A DNA stretch of 64,000 nt, from NCBI GenBank assembly GCA_030141605.1, contig JAQGDQ010000245.1, forward strand, positions 62,001 to 126,000, written 5' to 3'. Of the stretch, positions 1 through 11,559 are shown piece after piece. The notes under the pieces were generated by a model. That model was given only the letters and a program-made list of their open reading frames with translations. It made no database searches and had not been told where the DNA came from. The DNA is from Tubiluchus corallicola. Its lineage: Eukaryota; Animalia; Priapulida. The position numbers and the translations under genes are program-made. Within the stretch, counting starts at the first letter, position 1. The number at the start of each line of letters is the position of its first letter.

Positions 1-807
1 GAGGCTTTTAAGGACAGTATTGTGACAAATTTAGATCGACAGTTTCCAGACACATTTTGAGCATTTTGAAATTCACTCGTCAGATTCAAAGACCTACCTT
101 TACTTTTAACTCAAATACTACATGTAGTGTATATGTCTAGTCAATGCAAAATTTGGTTTGATTTCGAACGTTTGTTGTTTTAGGTGCCTTTATACAATTC
201 AGCTCGCTTAAGTCAAAATGCGCTACTAAACAATTTGGCCTACTTTTAATTTTTAATACTTATGGATTTCAACCTGCCTCATATGATGCCAGAAAAAATT
301 AGATGAAAGATTTTATAGCTCCAAATTTGGGAGAAAGTATAAATTGTGGAACGTTTTCATCAATATTATTAATTAGTAAGTATTGCAGAAACAAGTCATA
401 AATATCAATCACTGACAGTATAACAGTGTGTAATGTAGATGACGTCATCACATAATTATCACAAATTGATAGTATAAACCCCATGATTAATTCAATTTTG
501 ATGCCAAACTTGAAAGACAGGAAATGTGAAAAGTTGTAACATAGCCTAGATTTGAACCCGGGACCTTCAGCTGACATTAAGATAATAAATAATGAATTAT
601 CACAAATTGTTGTAAAATCAATTATTATACAGACTGTCCAATGATGTACTAGAAAGAGATAAATAAATAACACTTTTAATTCTAATTCTAATTTAATGCC
701 GAAGACCATTCCATTTACGATTTAAGTATATGATTATCTCGCTGTCCTTTGTGACTAAGCTATATTATAGACAGAGCATCAGTGTGCCATACTAAATGTT
801 TACTTAC

Positions 808-1125
808 CCGCTTTGTAAGAGCGTAAAAAGTATGGTAAATCCTCGTATAGTTATCGCATTGTTTGAGATGACGCTCAAGCGACCCTAGTACATCTGACAG
901 TTCTAAATCTATGGGGTGCTTGCGCGCGTCGTAGTCGTACGCTGCGCAGCCGCAACTGTAGAAATCGTGGCACTTATAACATTCTGTGTTGTTCTCAGTC
1001 TTGTTGGTCTCTTCTGCCTTTGTTTCATTAGGATGTTTCACATAGTACTCTTTGTAACGCTTTGATAATGTTAAGTGTAGTAAAAACCAGATCAGAACTA
1101 CGCTAAGTAAGACGGCTTGCTTCAT
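808..1125 (-). CDS. First coding exon of an unknown secreted protein (signal peptide, 5 Cys, several N-glycosylation sequons); downstream exons not identified
   Basis: ORF MKQAVLLSVVLIWFLLHLTLS-KRY... has a hydrophobic N-terminus. Upstream acceptor tttttcag at ~1162 and a strong donor CGG|GTAAGT at 808/807. Sequence is more GC-rich than its flanks. Confidence 0.5.
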
Positions 1126-1364
1126 TGTTGATGCACGTCCAGATTAAAACAGTCTCAGAATCTGAAAAAATAACAGTGTATACGTGGTTGGCGGTTCCCT
1201 CGACCCTAATCATTCATTGTCTGAAACTCTGGATGCTCTTCTTGTAGTTGTTGGTGTATGACCTTTTTGAGAAAAGCCTAATGCTCCATGAATTTAGAAT
1301 GAAACGTCATCAAACGTCACACGAATGAATCCCGCATCGATTGACTGAGTCAGAATTTTTAATC

Positions 1365-1585
1365 CGCCATTTAGAACTCAAGATGGCATTGACTGACATA
1401 GTAAGATATTCAGTTTGCTATCTTGAATTCAAGATGACAGCGATAAATCATTTTCAAAAAAGTGTGAGGGTCTACCAATTCGCTAATGATCGTCATAAAA
1501 CTTTATAGGAATATACTATAATGTATTCTGCATTGACTTGCATAGAAAGATTTTCGGTTTTGCCATCTTGAATTCAAGATGTTTG
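1365..1585. repeat. Three copies of the palindromic motif (gc)catcttgaattcaagatg(gc), probably part of a non-autonomous DNA element
   Basis: Motif variants at ~1365-1389, ~1417-1441 and ~1561-1581. Confidence 0.5.
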
Positions 1586-2669
1586 CATAACGTCATTTTC
1601 TAACCCACAGTCTTCACTTCAATGAGACCCTCGATCAGTAGTCTGAGTCGAACTTATTATTGTTTTTTGATGCCCTAATTAATAGCTAGACTTAACTAAA
1701 GAAATTTAGAATTTATTAATTAAATACAAGTATGGTGTAAAAATTTTGGTTACGAAGTATACAGGTATGTGTTTTAAAGAACATAAATCAATATATTTTA
1801 TAAAAACAATCATAACAGTGTGTCCATAGCAGCTAGTACATGATCATGATTATGATGAGAACAACATAATATCATTCAGTCTCAGTTTCAGAGTAAACAT
1901 GTTGTGTTTATTTTTTTTTACAAAGAAGAAGTCGTTTTAAACTTCACCAAAAGTAAAGCTTTGACAAGTGGAAAACTTTGTAAAGTGTATTCGCATCCAT
2001 TTGAAGTTAGTTAATTTGTTTTTTTTTACACGTATCGACACTGCCGTAAACGTATTATCTTCTGTCAATATGCTTATTGACTTTTTAATTCATTTTATTA
2101 TCGTATTGTTACTTTACTAATTTTTTGTTTATCCTCGGCCAGTTTGCACCACATCACAATTCTTGTAAATGATCCGAAGTATGTATGATCTATTTAATGA
2201 ATAAATATATTTTAACCTTATTTAATAGTTAAATTCTGTACCACTTTTAATGCTTTAAATATCATTTGTTCCTTTAACGAAAAATTTCAGAATTAAGAAA
2301 AAAGAATTGTTGTCTTTTCTTAATTTAAGATTATTAATTGTACCTATTATTGTCACAAGGAATTAAATTGGCATCTTTTATTCCTTGTTATTTTTAATTG
2401 ACACAAGCAACTTTTTACTTACCTTGATAGGTGTTAAGCCACTTCTTATTGCTGCTTTGCATTTATCAAGAAAATCCTTTGACAAACACTTTATTATTCA
2501 ATTTTTGTGACATGTGGTCAATGTGGAGCCATTTAAAATGCATTGTTTTAGTTCTCACAAATTCACTTGAGATTGTTTAGATGTATTGACGTTAGTCCTT
2601 GATTTCGATACGACGACTGTGCTCTGCTGACTTGACCTGCTGATTATTTATGAATGTTGCCGTCAACAG

Positions 2670-2950
2670 GTCACTGGACTCGCATTTGCACTTTATAGCA
2701 TCTGGCGCAACGAGTTTTTGCTCCATCTGTCTTTCCATGTCTCCTGTCCACTTCCCTAATGACAGGTTTTCCCTTTGGGCAGTTTTGGTGCATGCTGCTC
2801 CATTTCCAACGCCGATTTTTCTTTTCTTTCCTCTTTTGGTTCGAGCGCATGCGAAAGCTGCAGTCGGAAGAGTTGTTCTTTGAAATTCTTGGGATTCTTG
2901 AATAAAACAACTTTTATTAATAAATAAAAAACAAAAGCAGGCATTAAGTG
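2670..2950 (-). mobile_element. Possible degenerate piggyBac (PGBD4-like) transposase C-terminal fragment
   Basis: Overlapping minus frames give AFVFYL...FRLQLSHAL...H.PK...TRCARCYK, resembling the NAxxxY / FRxxLxxxL / RxCxxC end of piggyBac transposases. Frameshifted and contains stops. Confidence 0.3.
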
Positions 2951-4513
2951 AGCCGCGAGCCCAGACATTTAAACGTGTCTGATGCGCAAATTTTCACCCC
3001 TTTGTGTTATAACTGTCATGATAACGTATTTGTAAGTGTGATAATTTAGGCAGTTCCTAAATATTTTACAACTTTAATCTTTCAGTCTCTAATTTATTGT
3101 GCTGAACAAAATTATGAAAAATTTAGATTTACAGCTTATTACTATTGTTATTATTAATATTACTATTACCCATCATGACAGGCATTTTTGCATAGCTCTT
3201 TATGTTTTTTTAAATCGCATAGTTCATCTCAATTTCTTTATAGTTTAGGTTGATTTACGAGATTTTGAAATGTTAACAAAAAAGATGCCTTGGTAATGAG
3301 CACGGTTCATTCATTATACTCTTTCCACTCCCTGGAAACGTACATGTAGGCGTACAGCCTCTTTCTGGTATTTTCCATGCTTATCGCACTTGCTGCTTCT
3401 CTTGCGTATCTTCCATGATGTGTACGCAGCCACTAGAAATCGACGACTGAGTTAAATGGTTGTTAAGGGATACGTGAACCTTACTTGTTTTTAATATTTT
3501 GCATATGTGTACGTTAACTTTTGTCCTAACTGTCTATCTTAAATTGTAACATAACAAGCAACTTGTTTTTTGTTTTGTATAATTTATGCGTTTCTTTACT
3601 TTGGCTTCTAGTATAGACGTGAATCATTCCTGCACTTTTGGTCTACTTGTCATTATGAGGCCATTAGTAAATAAATGACAAACTTTCATGTGCAGTTTGG
3701 CAACCAGACGAACAATCATATACATTCCAGTCAGTCAAGTTACAAACGGACTGAGTAACCGACCAACCAGTGGCCAACGAACTAACCAACCAATAAGCTG
3801 GATTAGCTCTCTCATCACACGGCCACCCAGTCAATTAATTCACTAACTAAGTTATCAATTAGCAAAGAAAGCTAACTAATCTAACTGTTATCATATACTC
3901 TTCATGGTCAATTGTTCAACCAAACCTAAAACGCAACAAATCTTATTTAATGAAAGTAAAACAATACACTGACATTTAATATCACAAATTAATTTTACCA
4001 TAGGACTAAACTGCATTTTTTAATTTCAAATAATTATTACAGAAGATAAAAGAAAGAATTATTACAGGTTGATTTTTATTATATGCTTTATCTAGTGTTC
4101 ATTAATTGTACTGGCTAGGCTCATGTAGTCCAACCTATGAAAGTTTTGAGTTGAATGTATTTCATGAGTTGAAAGCATCCAAGGATTTTTTTGCATGCTT
4201 GTTTATAGCCTGAACTATCGTCAAAAGAATTAGCAATGTCATTGACATCTGTTTCAAAAACTCTGATAGCTGTGAAAAGAATTATTGGGTCCCTTTTGGC
4301 TAGAATTTACTGTTTACTGGTTACAGTTGTTCACAGTTGGCTCACATGACACAGACATAATTTTTGGCAAATCACATGTATTTGGATAACCAAAGTTGGT
4401 TGTGAGTTAGTGCCTTTAAAATTTACGAGATTTTATCCATAAGCAGTGTATTTTGGCAAGTCTGGTAAATTTCTGCTTAATTTCTGTTGTTCAGAGGCTA
4501 TGTTTTTTTACAG

Positions 4514-7500
4514 TTGTAGACCAAGCTGGACGTGTTCGGGCCAGAAGTGTAGGCATGTCATCAACACCAGTGTCAATTGGCTATCCCGTACTGTTTGGTA
4601 CACTACACTCGGCTGCTACAGCAGATATGTGGAGACTCCGTCTTCCATTCAGCCATGGGTTTGTATCGGTTTTTGCTATTTACAATGGAAATGATGTAAT
4701 AGTGGCATTATGGTGCTTCTGTACTTCAAAATGCTCCATAAATTTATTATGTCTGACCTGCATTAATTGAAATATATGGATGAATACAGTTTTAAATTGC
4801 TATTAATTGAAAGAGTCTTTTAGGAATTATAATGTTAGATTTGTGTTTGTTCAGTAAATTTCATTAGCGATCTACTGAAAATGTCAGCAACATGTAAAAA
4901 ACTAATGTCATATTTTGAAAGAGCATTTATCAAGAAATTGTAGTTTTTTACTGCCTTGATTTTGATCTACATTTATTCATCATCTTTGCACATTATTACA
5001 AAGTGGTAGCATGAATGTAACTGAAAGGTCACCATATTAAGGGTGAAAATACCAATAGATCGTTTCGGTTGGAAATTGATTTTGTGCAGTGCAAAGAAGC
5101 ATAACAGCAATTTTTTTCACTTTCTTCTTTTTTGCGAGACAATTACCTTATAATTTCTTGAGCGTTTTTGGTCTAATACCAGAGATGCATTTACTTTCAA
5201 AGGATTAGACTAGAAAACGTATTGCAATAGTTCGTTGTATGTTAAAATATCATTGTTTTTCAGTTGCATACTATATTGCTGACTTCTAAATGCAGTGTTG
5301 AGCAGTTCGAGGTCAGCCGGCTTAATTTTTAGGGTCTCAATTTTAATTAGAAACTTTTATTTCTTCTCCTCTAGGTTTGCTGGTTGTTTAAAAGATGTTT
5401 ACTTCAACAGTCTACTCATTGACCTACTCATGTCTGTTCCATACTTTGAGAAGAACTTGGATCCACCTGCGGCTATTCCTGGTTGTGCAGTTGATGAGCT
5501 ATGTGCAGCAAACCCTTGTCGTAATGGCGGACAATGTGCAGGAACGTGGCAGGGTGTCAAGTGCATGTGCTCCTCAGATTTTACTGGAAATTTGTGTGAG
5601 AAAGGTATACACTATACTTTTTCAATGCCATATAGAATATCAAGTTGTATGTTACTATCGAATACATTTGACCTTGTACATAATACTGTTTCAGTAATTC
5701 TTCTTTGTTTGAATATGTATTTGTTTCGTATTTTGTGTAATACTATTTTAATTTGTATAGCTCAAGCACTGACATTTAATGGAAGAACAGATTTTGTCAG
5801 GATCACCATTAATCCAGGAGAAGTGTCATTTGGTTCTAGTGGCTCAATAGATTTCAGAACACGTGACCATGACTCCACTTTTTATGATCTGGAAGTCCAC
5901 AGAGCTATCGATGTTTATTCCATGACTCTTGATTATATCATGTTATATGGCATAGTCAATGGCATAGTAACCATTATGACACATAATCTTGGTGGTGAGT
6001 TTGTTGTTGAATTGTATAGTCTAGTAACTACAATTCCAATTTTCCAATTTTGAGAAAGTGTATGACAGCTATGTTGTATGGATGTCCGAGCAGTATGGAT
6101 GTTTAACCAAGTTTTTTGATATAATAGTATTATCTTGATTTCTTATATTTTTTGTATTTTAACAGGTGAATTTGTTAGCTCAAGGCAGCTCGCATCCTCC
6201 TGTAGATTATTATTTTGTACATGCACTGTCTGTACTGTTTTACCATCTTGTACACTGTAAGCCGATGGTTTAATTTTTGTAGTTTTTATTGTATCCCGAA
6301 ACTCACAGAATTTTTTTTGCTGTTTTAGCACCTGAAACAGGAGAAAAGTTTGTAAGCTTTTCTAGAAACTACAGCGATGGAGCGTGGCACAAGCTGACAT
6401 GGAATGTAGAAGAAAGAAGACTTTTAGCTATGATTGATAGTAATGAAACTGTCAGTATTGAAGATGCATTTGATCCTACTACAGCTGTTCAAGTTTACAT
6501 TCACCTTGGAGCTCGTTTAGATACTTTTGATCCCAGCATCTATAGAGGTATTTAAGAAGTGTGGTGCAGAATCATCTCACTCCCTTATACCACTAGCTAT
6601 GTAAGCGTTAAAATGATGATAGTAGTAACTCACTGCCACTTGTATAATTTAACTGGATTCCATCAGTGATCCTCACACTTATTTTACATCATGTCTAAAT
6701 TTGTACACCAAGACATCTTGAACCTGAGGTCTAATTTTCATTGTAAAAATGTAGTTACCTATTTCTGTTCATGTGAATGCAAACCTGTGTGGATGACTTG
6801 AAATAGGCTATTCCTTATTTCTTTTTGTGATCAGCTAGTTTGAGCTCATTTACTTTACCATCATCATCATCATCTAGGTGCTTCTATGTGATAAAACATG
6901 CCAAGCTCTACTTGTTGATACCATGCATTCCTGTCCACCACCACTTCCCACGATGCATCATCCCTCAAATCTAGAATTGTATTTACTAAATCTTTTTGCA
7001 TTACTCTGACCCTTTCTCAGTTTTTTTGTCTTTTCAAGAGTTTTATGTAGTGCTATAAGAAGAGGAGACTCTTGAGGTAGTCTTAGTGCATGCGCAATCC
7101 AATGCAATCTTCTTGCTTGGATTTTTTCACACCAAGGATTCTTCTTCACCACGTCATACAGATCATCATTGGATATTCTGTCAGGCCATTTAATTCCTAG
7201 TATGCTTCTTTAGAGATGCCATTTACTTCAGCAAGTTTTAGATATTCAAACCCTTCTTTATATGTGTGTATTTGCCAAACATGTGTATCTATATATTTAT
7301 TTATTTATGTATTTGCTAACAGTTTATTCTATGTTTTTAAATAGGCTCCAGGGATTATTCTGACTTCTTTACTGGTTGTTTGAGAGATGCTCGACTTGAT
7401 AGTAAATACCTACCATTACTTGATCATTCAGTTCGTGGGACTGGAATTGTCGTTCGAGCTTCTGCCAAGACAGGTACAACACAAAATTTAACTTCAAACT

Positions 7501-10500
7501 AATTTATTTAGCACATAAAACTTTCACCACAAACATGAGTATTGAATAATTTCAGCTATTTGAAATTTGCAGCGTTGTCACTTTTATTAATTCTATAATG
7601 CCGGAGCTGCTGGAGAACAGTATTTGTCATTTGCATCCACGGGTGATGATCGTTTCCTGAATGTTGGTGTACATAAGTTAAGGGTTAAAACATAAAATTT
7701 ATTCTGTGTTTTTTACTGCTTTTTAGTCTTAAACCAATAAATAATTTTCTATTTTAAATTTTTAACACGTATGTCTGTTTCTTTTGTACTAATGTGGATA
7801 GTGTTTTTTCTTTGTGGATCTGTCTAGCTGTAAGCTTACCAATAGCTTTAAATTGTTTGATATTGTCATTAACACCCATAAAAAAGAAAAGCTATTATTG
7901 TATTGTGTTTATGGGCATGTTAATTTTATTTTACTCATATACTTGTTTCATTTTTTCAGATTTCTAAATTTTCCTTAGCAATTTATCAATGCCTGATCTT
8001 GACCATTTCTTATTTGGAACTCCCTCATCAGTATTTTTACATCTTTTCCTTTACCAATCCTAAAAATTATTTTGTCTTTTTCTGTATACAGCATAGATTT
8101 TTAAAGTTTAGAAATTTCAAAAAATAAAATGAAATAAATGATAAGTGTGTGAAATGAATGAAGCAAAATTAATGCGTCCATTATTTAAATACAATCATAT
8201 AAGTGTCTAGTTTTTTTCATTTTTGTGGGCATGGCTACAATACCAAACATAAAATGTTTATTTTTTTTGGACTTTTTAGTAAAAATTTGTAGTAAGTGTT
8301 TCTAGTTTAACCTGTTGACATCTGTTTGCAAATTAGATGAAAATTCTCGGATCTATGACATTTTGAAAAAGGCTTACTTTTTTGTGTCCTCTCACTTTTG
8401 CAGCAAATCAGTGTATGCAAAATCTTAAAAGCTTGACATTTTGGAAATTTTTGTATTTTTTAGACTTATAAACTCTTTCTTTTGTTATAGGTTGCAGTGG
8501 GCAGCCTCTTTGTGAAGTTTCGCCATGCTCACGGAATGCTGTATGCACTGATTTATGGAACTCTTATACCTGTAAGTGTCTTCCAGGTTGGCATGGCCCA
8601 GACTGCACACTAAGTGTAGATGACTGTGCAGGATTTCCGTGTCAGCACAATGGCACATGCGTAGATGAGGTGCAGAATTTTACTTGCGCTTGCATTTTAG
8701 GATACACTGGAAGATACTGTGAATCTGTCACCCATCGGTGTGAAGAAAATCCATGCGTGGTGAATCAAACGTCAAGCTGTACGTCTTTGTTTCCATTAGA
8801 CTATGAGTGCACTTGCCTGCCGGGATTTGTAGGAAAGAACTGTGAAGAAGAGAGCGATGAATGTCGCAGCAACCCGTGTCAAAATGGCGGTCAGTGCGTT
8901 GACATCATTAATGGTTACTATTGTGCTTGTCCTCAAGATTACTTGGGTAGTTTCTGCGAGTTTAGACACCCATGTGCCTCAGAACCATGTCAGCATAATG
9001 GTACGTGCCACAGTACTGAAGATGTTCCTGTCGGTTTTGCATGTCAATGTCATTTAGGTTGGACTGGCAAGTACTGTGACCAGTATGATTACTGCAGCAA
9101 CGTCACATGTAGAAATGGTGGCACATGTTTTCGTAGTGAGATTGGCTTTGAGTGTTCGTGTCGTCTTGGATTTATCGGCACTGACTGTGGCATGGTTGAT
9201 TACTGTGTTGATGTCGATTGCCAGAATGAAGCTAACTGTGTTAGTGACATGGATGGGTTCACTTGCTTATGTAGCCAACATTACACCGGAAGATTTTGCG
9301 AAACACCTATAGACAAGTGTCATTCAGATCCATGTCATAATGGCGGGTCTTGCTGGAATAATAAAACCATGGAAACATTCTATTGTGAATGTTTTTCAGG
9401 ATGGACTGGGGAACTTTGTGAAAAAGATGTCCATGAATGTGGCTCAAATCCATGTTTACACGGAGGAACGTGTCACGATAGCCACCAATCCGAATATTTT
9501 TTTCCTGGATATGAGTGTCACTGTGATGTGGGATATTTTGGCAATAACTGTGAAAGTGAGACTGACGAATGTGCTAACGAACCCTGTTCCGCTAGCAGTA
9601 CTTGTGTTGATATGCAGGATGATTATACCTGCATTTGTGCTTCAGGATTTAGTGGTAGACATTGTGAATTAGATGTGCGAGGATGTTCTTCTGAGCCGTG
9701 CTTCAATGAGGCCAACTGCCGGGAATCGGCCACTGGTGAATATTACTGCATATGTGTTGATGGTTTTACTGGCCGCAATTGTGAGACCAACATTGATGAT
9801 TGTTTGAATAACAATTGTAAATTTGGACGTTGTCTAGATGGCATTGAAGATTATAGCTGCATTTGCAATCCGGGATATGGTGGTTTATACTGTGAGTTTG
9901 TGAATGATACCTGCTTCAGTAACCCTTGTAAACACGAGGGAATATGTAGGTATATTGGCCGTTGTTCCTGCCATGACATTGTTTCTGCTTGTGGGTGGTA
10001 TGATGAAGAATGTCAGCTGGAAAATTGCCGACACCGTGAAGACTGTAGCGTACGTGATCGGTCGTTTGAGTGTGAGTGTACAGAAACTGGTTACAGTGGC
10101 ATTTCATGTGAAAAAGACATCAACGAATGCCTACAGTCAAAAACTTGTCATCACGGCACTTGCATAAACACTGTTGGAAGTTATTTATGCAATTGTTCAG
10201 GCACCGGCTACAGGGGCCGCCACTGCCAAAATGACATAAACGAATGCCGAGATCTGTCTGATCCCTGTGGTGCTAATGGCGTTTGTATAAACACCCAGGG
10301 CAGTTACACATGTCATTGTCGTCTCAGATTTACCGGCTCAAATTGTGACGTATTGGTAGACTTGTGTTCACCGGAAGTGCAGCCTTGTAAAAACGGTGGC
10401 TTATGTCTTAAGGAGTCGGACACTGGTGACATTTACTGTGATTGTTCTTCTACTGGGTTTGGTGGAGTCACTTGTGAGGATGTAATTAACGAATGTGAAT

Positions 10501-11559
10501 CAGAAACGCATGAATGTCGGAACGAAGCACAGTGTGTCAAACATTCCATCGGCTATAGTTGTCTGTGCTCAGAAGGTTATACAGGTAAAATGTCATATAT
10601 GATATTTAAAGTTTTGTAATGCCTATAGTAAGATTTCTGTCATTTTGTCAATGGCTGTGAATAAATGTGTGACCACTGGTAGTGTAGCTATTTCAGAACT
10701 CCACGATAAATAACTGATCAGTTTTCACACACTTTTTCAAACAGCTGTGCAACTATCAGTGGTCACATTGCATATTTTTTTTATTAATCTTAACTGTTAA
10801 TGCAACGTGTCATTTGTGACATATTGCCTTTCGTGCTTTTCTATTTTTTGTCTAGTTTGGCACTCTGCAAGTTGTTCCAGCACTTAAGAAACTGACCAAA
10901 ACCGGCTGCAGTCAGATTGACCGTTTCGCTAATTAAGCCTTAATGGGTCTTATTTGCATCGCTATTTTTACATAATGTTGTTCCTGTTTAAGGTGTCTCT
11001 TAAAAGACGAGAGGGTGTTTCTTTTGCATTGTAAAAAAATCTTACATGTTTTGCTCAAACCAAAACAATAATGTGTGATGATAAATTTAAAAAACAATCA
11101 CAATAACGTTATTCATCTATTCTACAGTACCTCAGTGACATTTTGTCAAACCAATTTTTTCATGCTTAAAGATTTATGAAAAAAGTAATCTTTAATTGTA
11201 TTTTCAACATTCTTTTGGTTAAAGCCATGAAATTTTTGTTAAGTCCATTAACTCTGTATTTTTGCATGTAGTTTGTATAACTAATGTATGCATTTGCATG
11301 TTTAGGTAAGTTTTGCGAATCACAGACTGCAACTGCTGATCCTCTGAGAGAGAAGCCAAGTCGAGCGCTTGTAATCGCTTTGCCATTTCTGTTTGTACTC
11401 ATCTGCCTCGTGGTGATTGTTCTTTGGCTAATTTGGTATCTTCGCAGATCTCGAAAAATGAAAGGAAAGTATAATCCGTCCATTACAGAGCAATCTCACG
11501 GCATGCCGCCTTTGCCAATGACAGTTCTTAATCCAAAAAACGATGAACGATTGGTGTAG
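4514..11559 (+). CDS. crb: Crumbs-like type I membrane protein (partial LamG - EGF - LamG - 17 EGF - TM - short tail); 5' end unresolved
   Basis: Phase-compatible exons: 4514-4658, 5375-5604, 5761-5994, 6329-6547, 7345-7473, 8491-10584, 11306-11559. LamG motifs FAGCLKDVYFN, DGAWH and FTGCLRDARL; Ca-binding EGF repeats; TM ALVIALPFLFVLICLVVIVLWLIWYL; tail GKYNPSxxE (FERM-binding GxYxPS type) and C-terminal ERLV (Crumbs ERLI type). Confidence 0.8.
6859..7220 (-). mobile_element. RTE-clade LINE 3' fragment with (GAT)n tail
   Basis: Minus ORF KIQARRLHWIAHALRLPQESPLLIAL resembles the RTE RT C-terminal RLRWxGHxxR motif. (CAT)5 at ~6859-6874 on the + strand. Confidence 0.65.

Noticed and set aside
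299-709. 136-aa minus-strand ORF, including a tRNA B-box-like ggtcccgggttcaaatc at ~548-566
   Set aside because: AT-rich, I/F/L-biased translation with no domain. The B-box lacks a cloverleaf and is at most a SINE relic, not a tRNA gene.
8842-10167. Short alternative-frame and antisense ORFs over the EGF exon (similar cases over ZIP7, EXOC3, CLINT1 and MED28 exons)
   Set aside because: Shadow ORFs of real coding exons with no independent signals.
8670-10619. Calling the EGF-rich ORF Notch or fibropellin
   Set aside because: It splices to upstream LamG exons and to a short GxYxPS...ERLV tail. No LNR, ankyrin, CUB or avidin domains are present.
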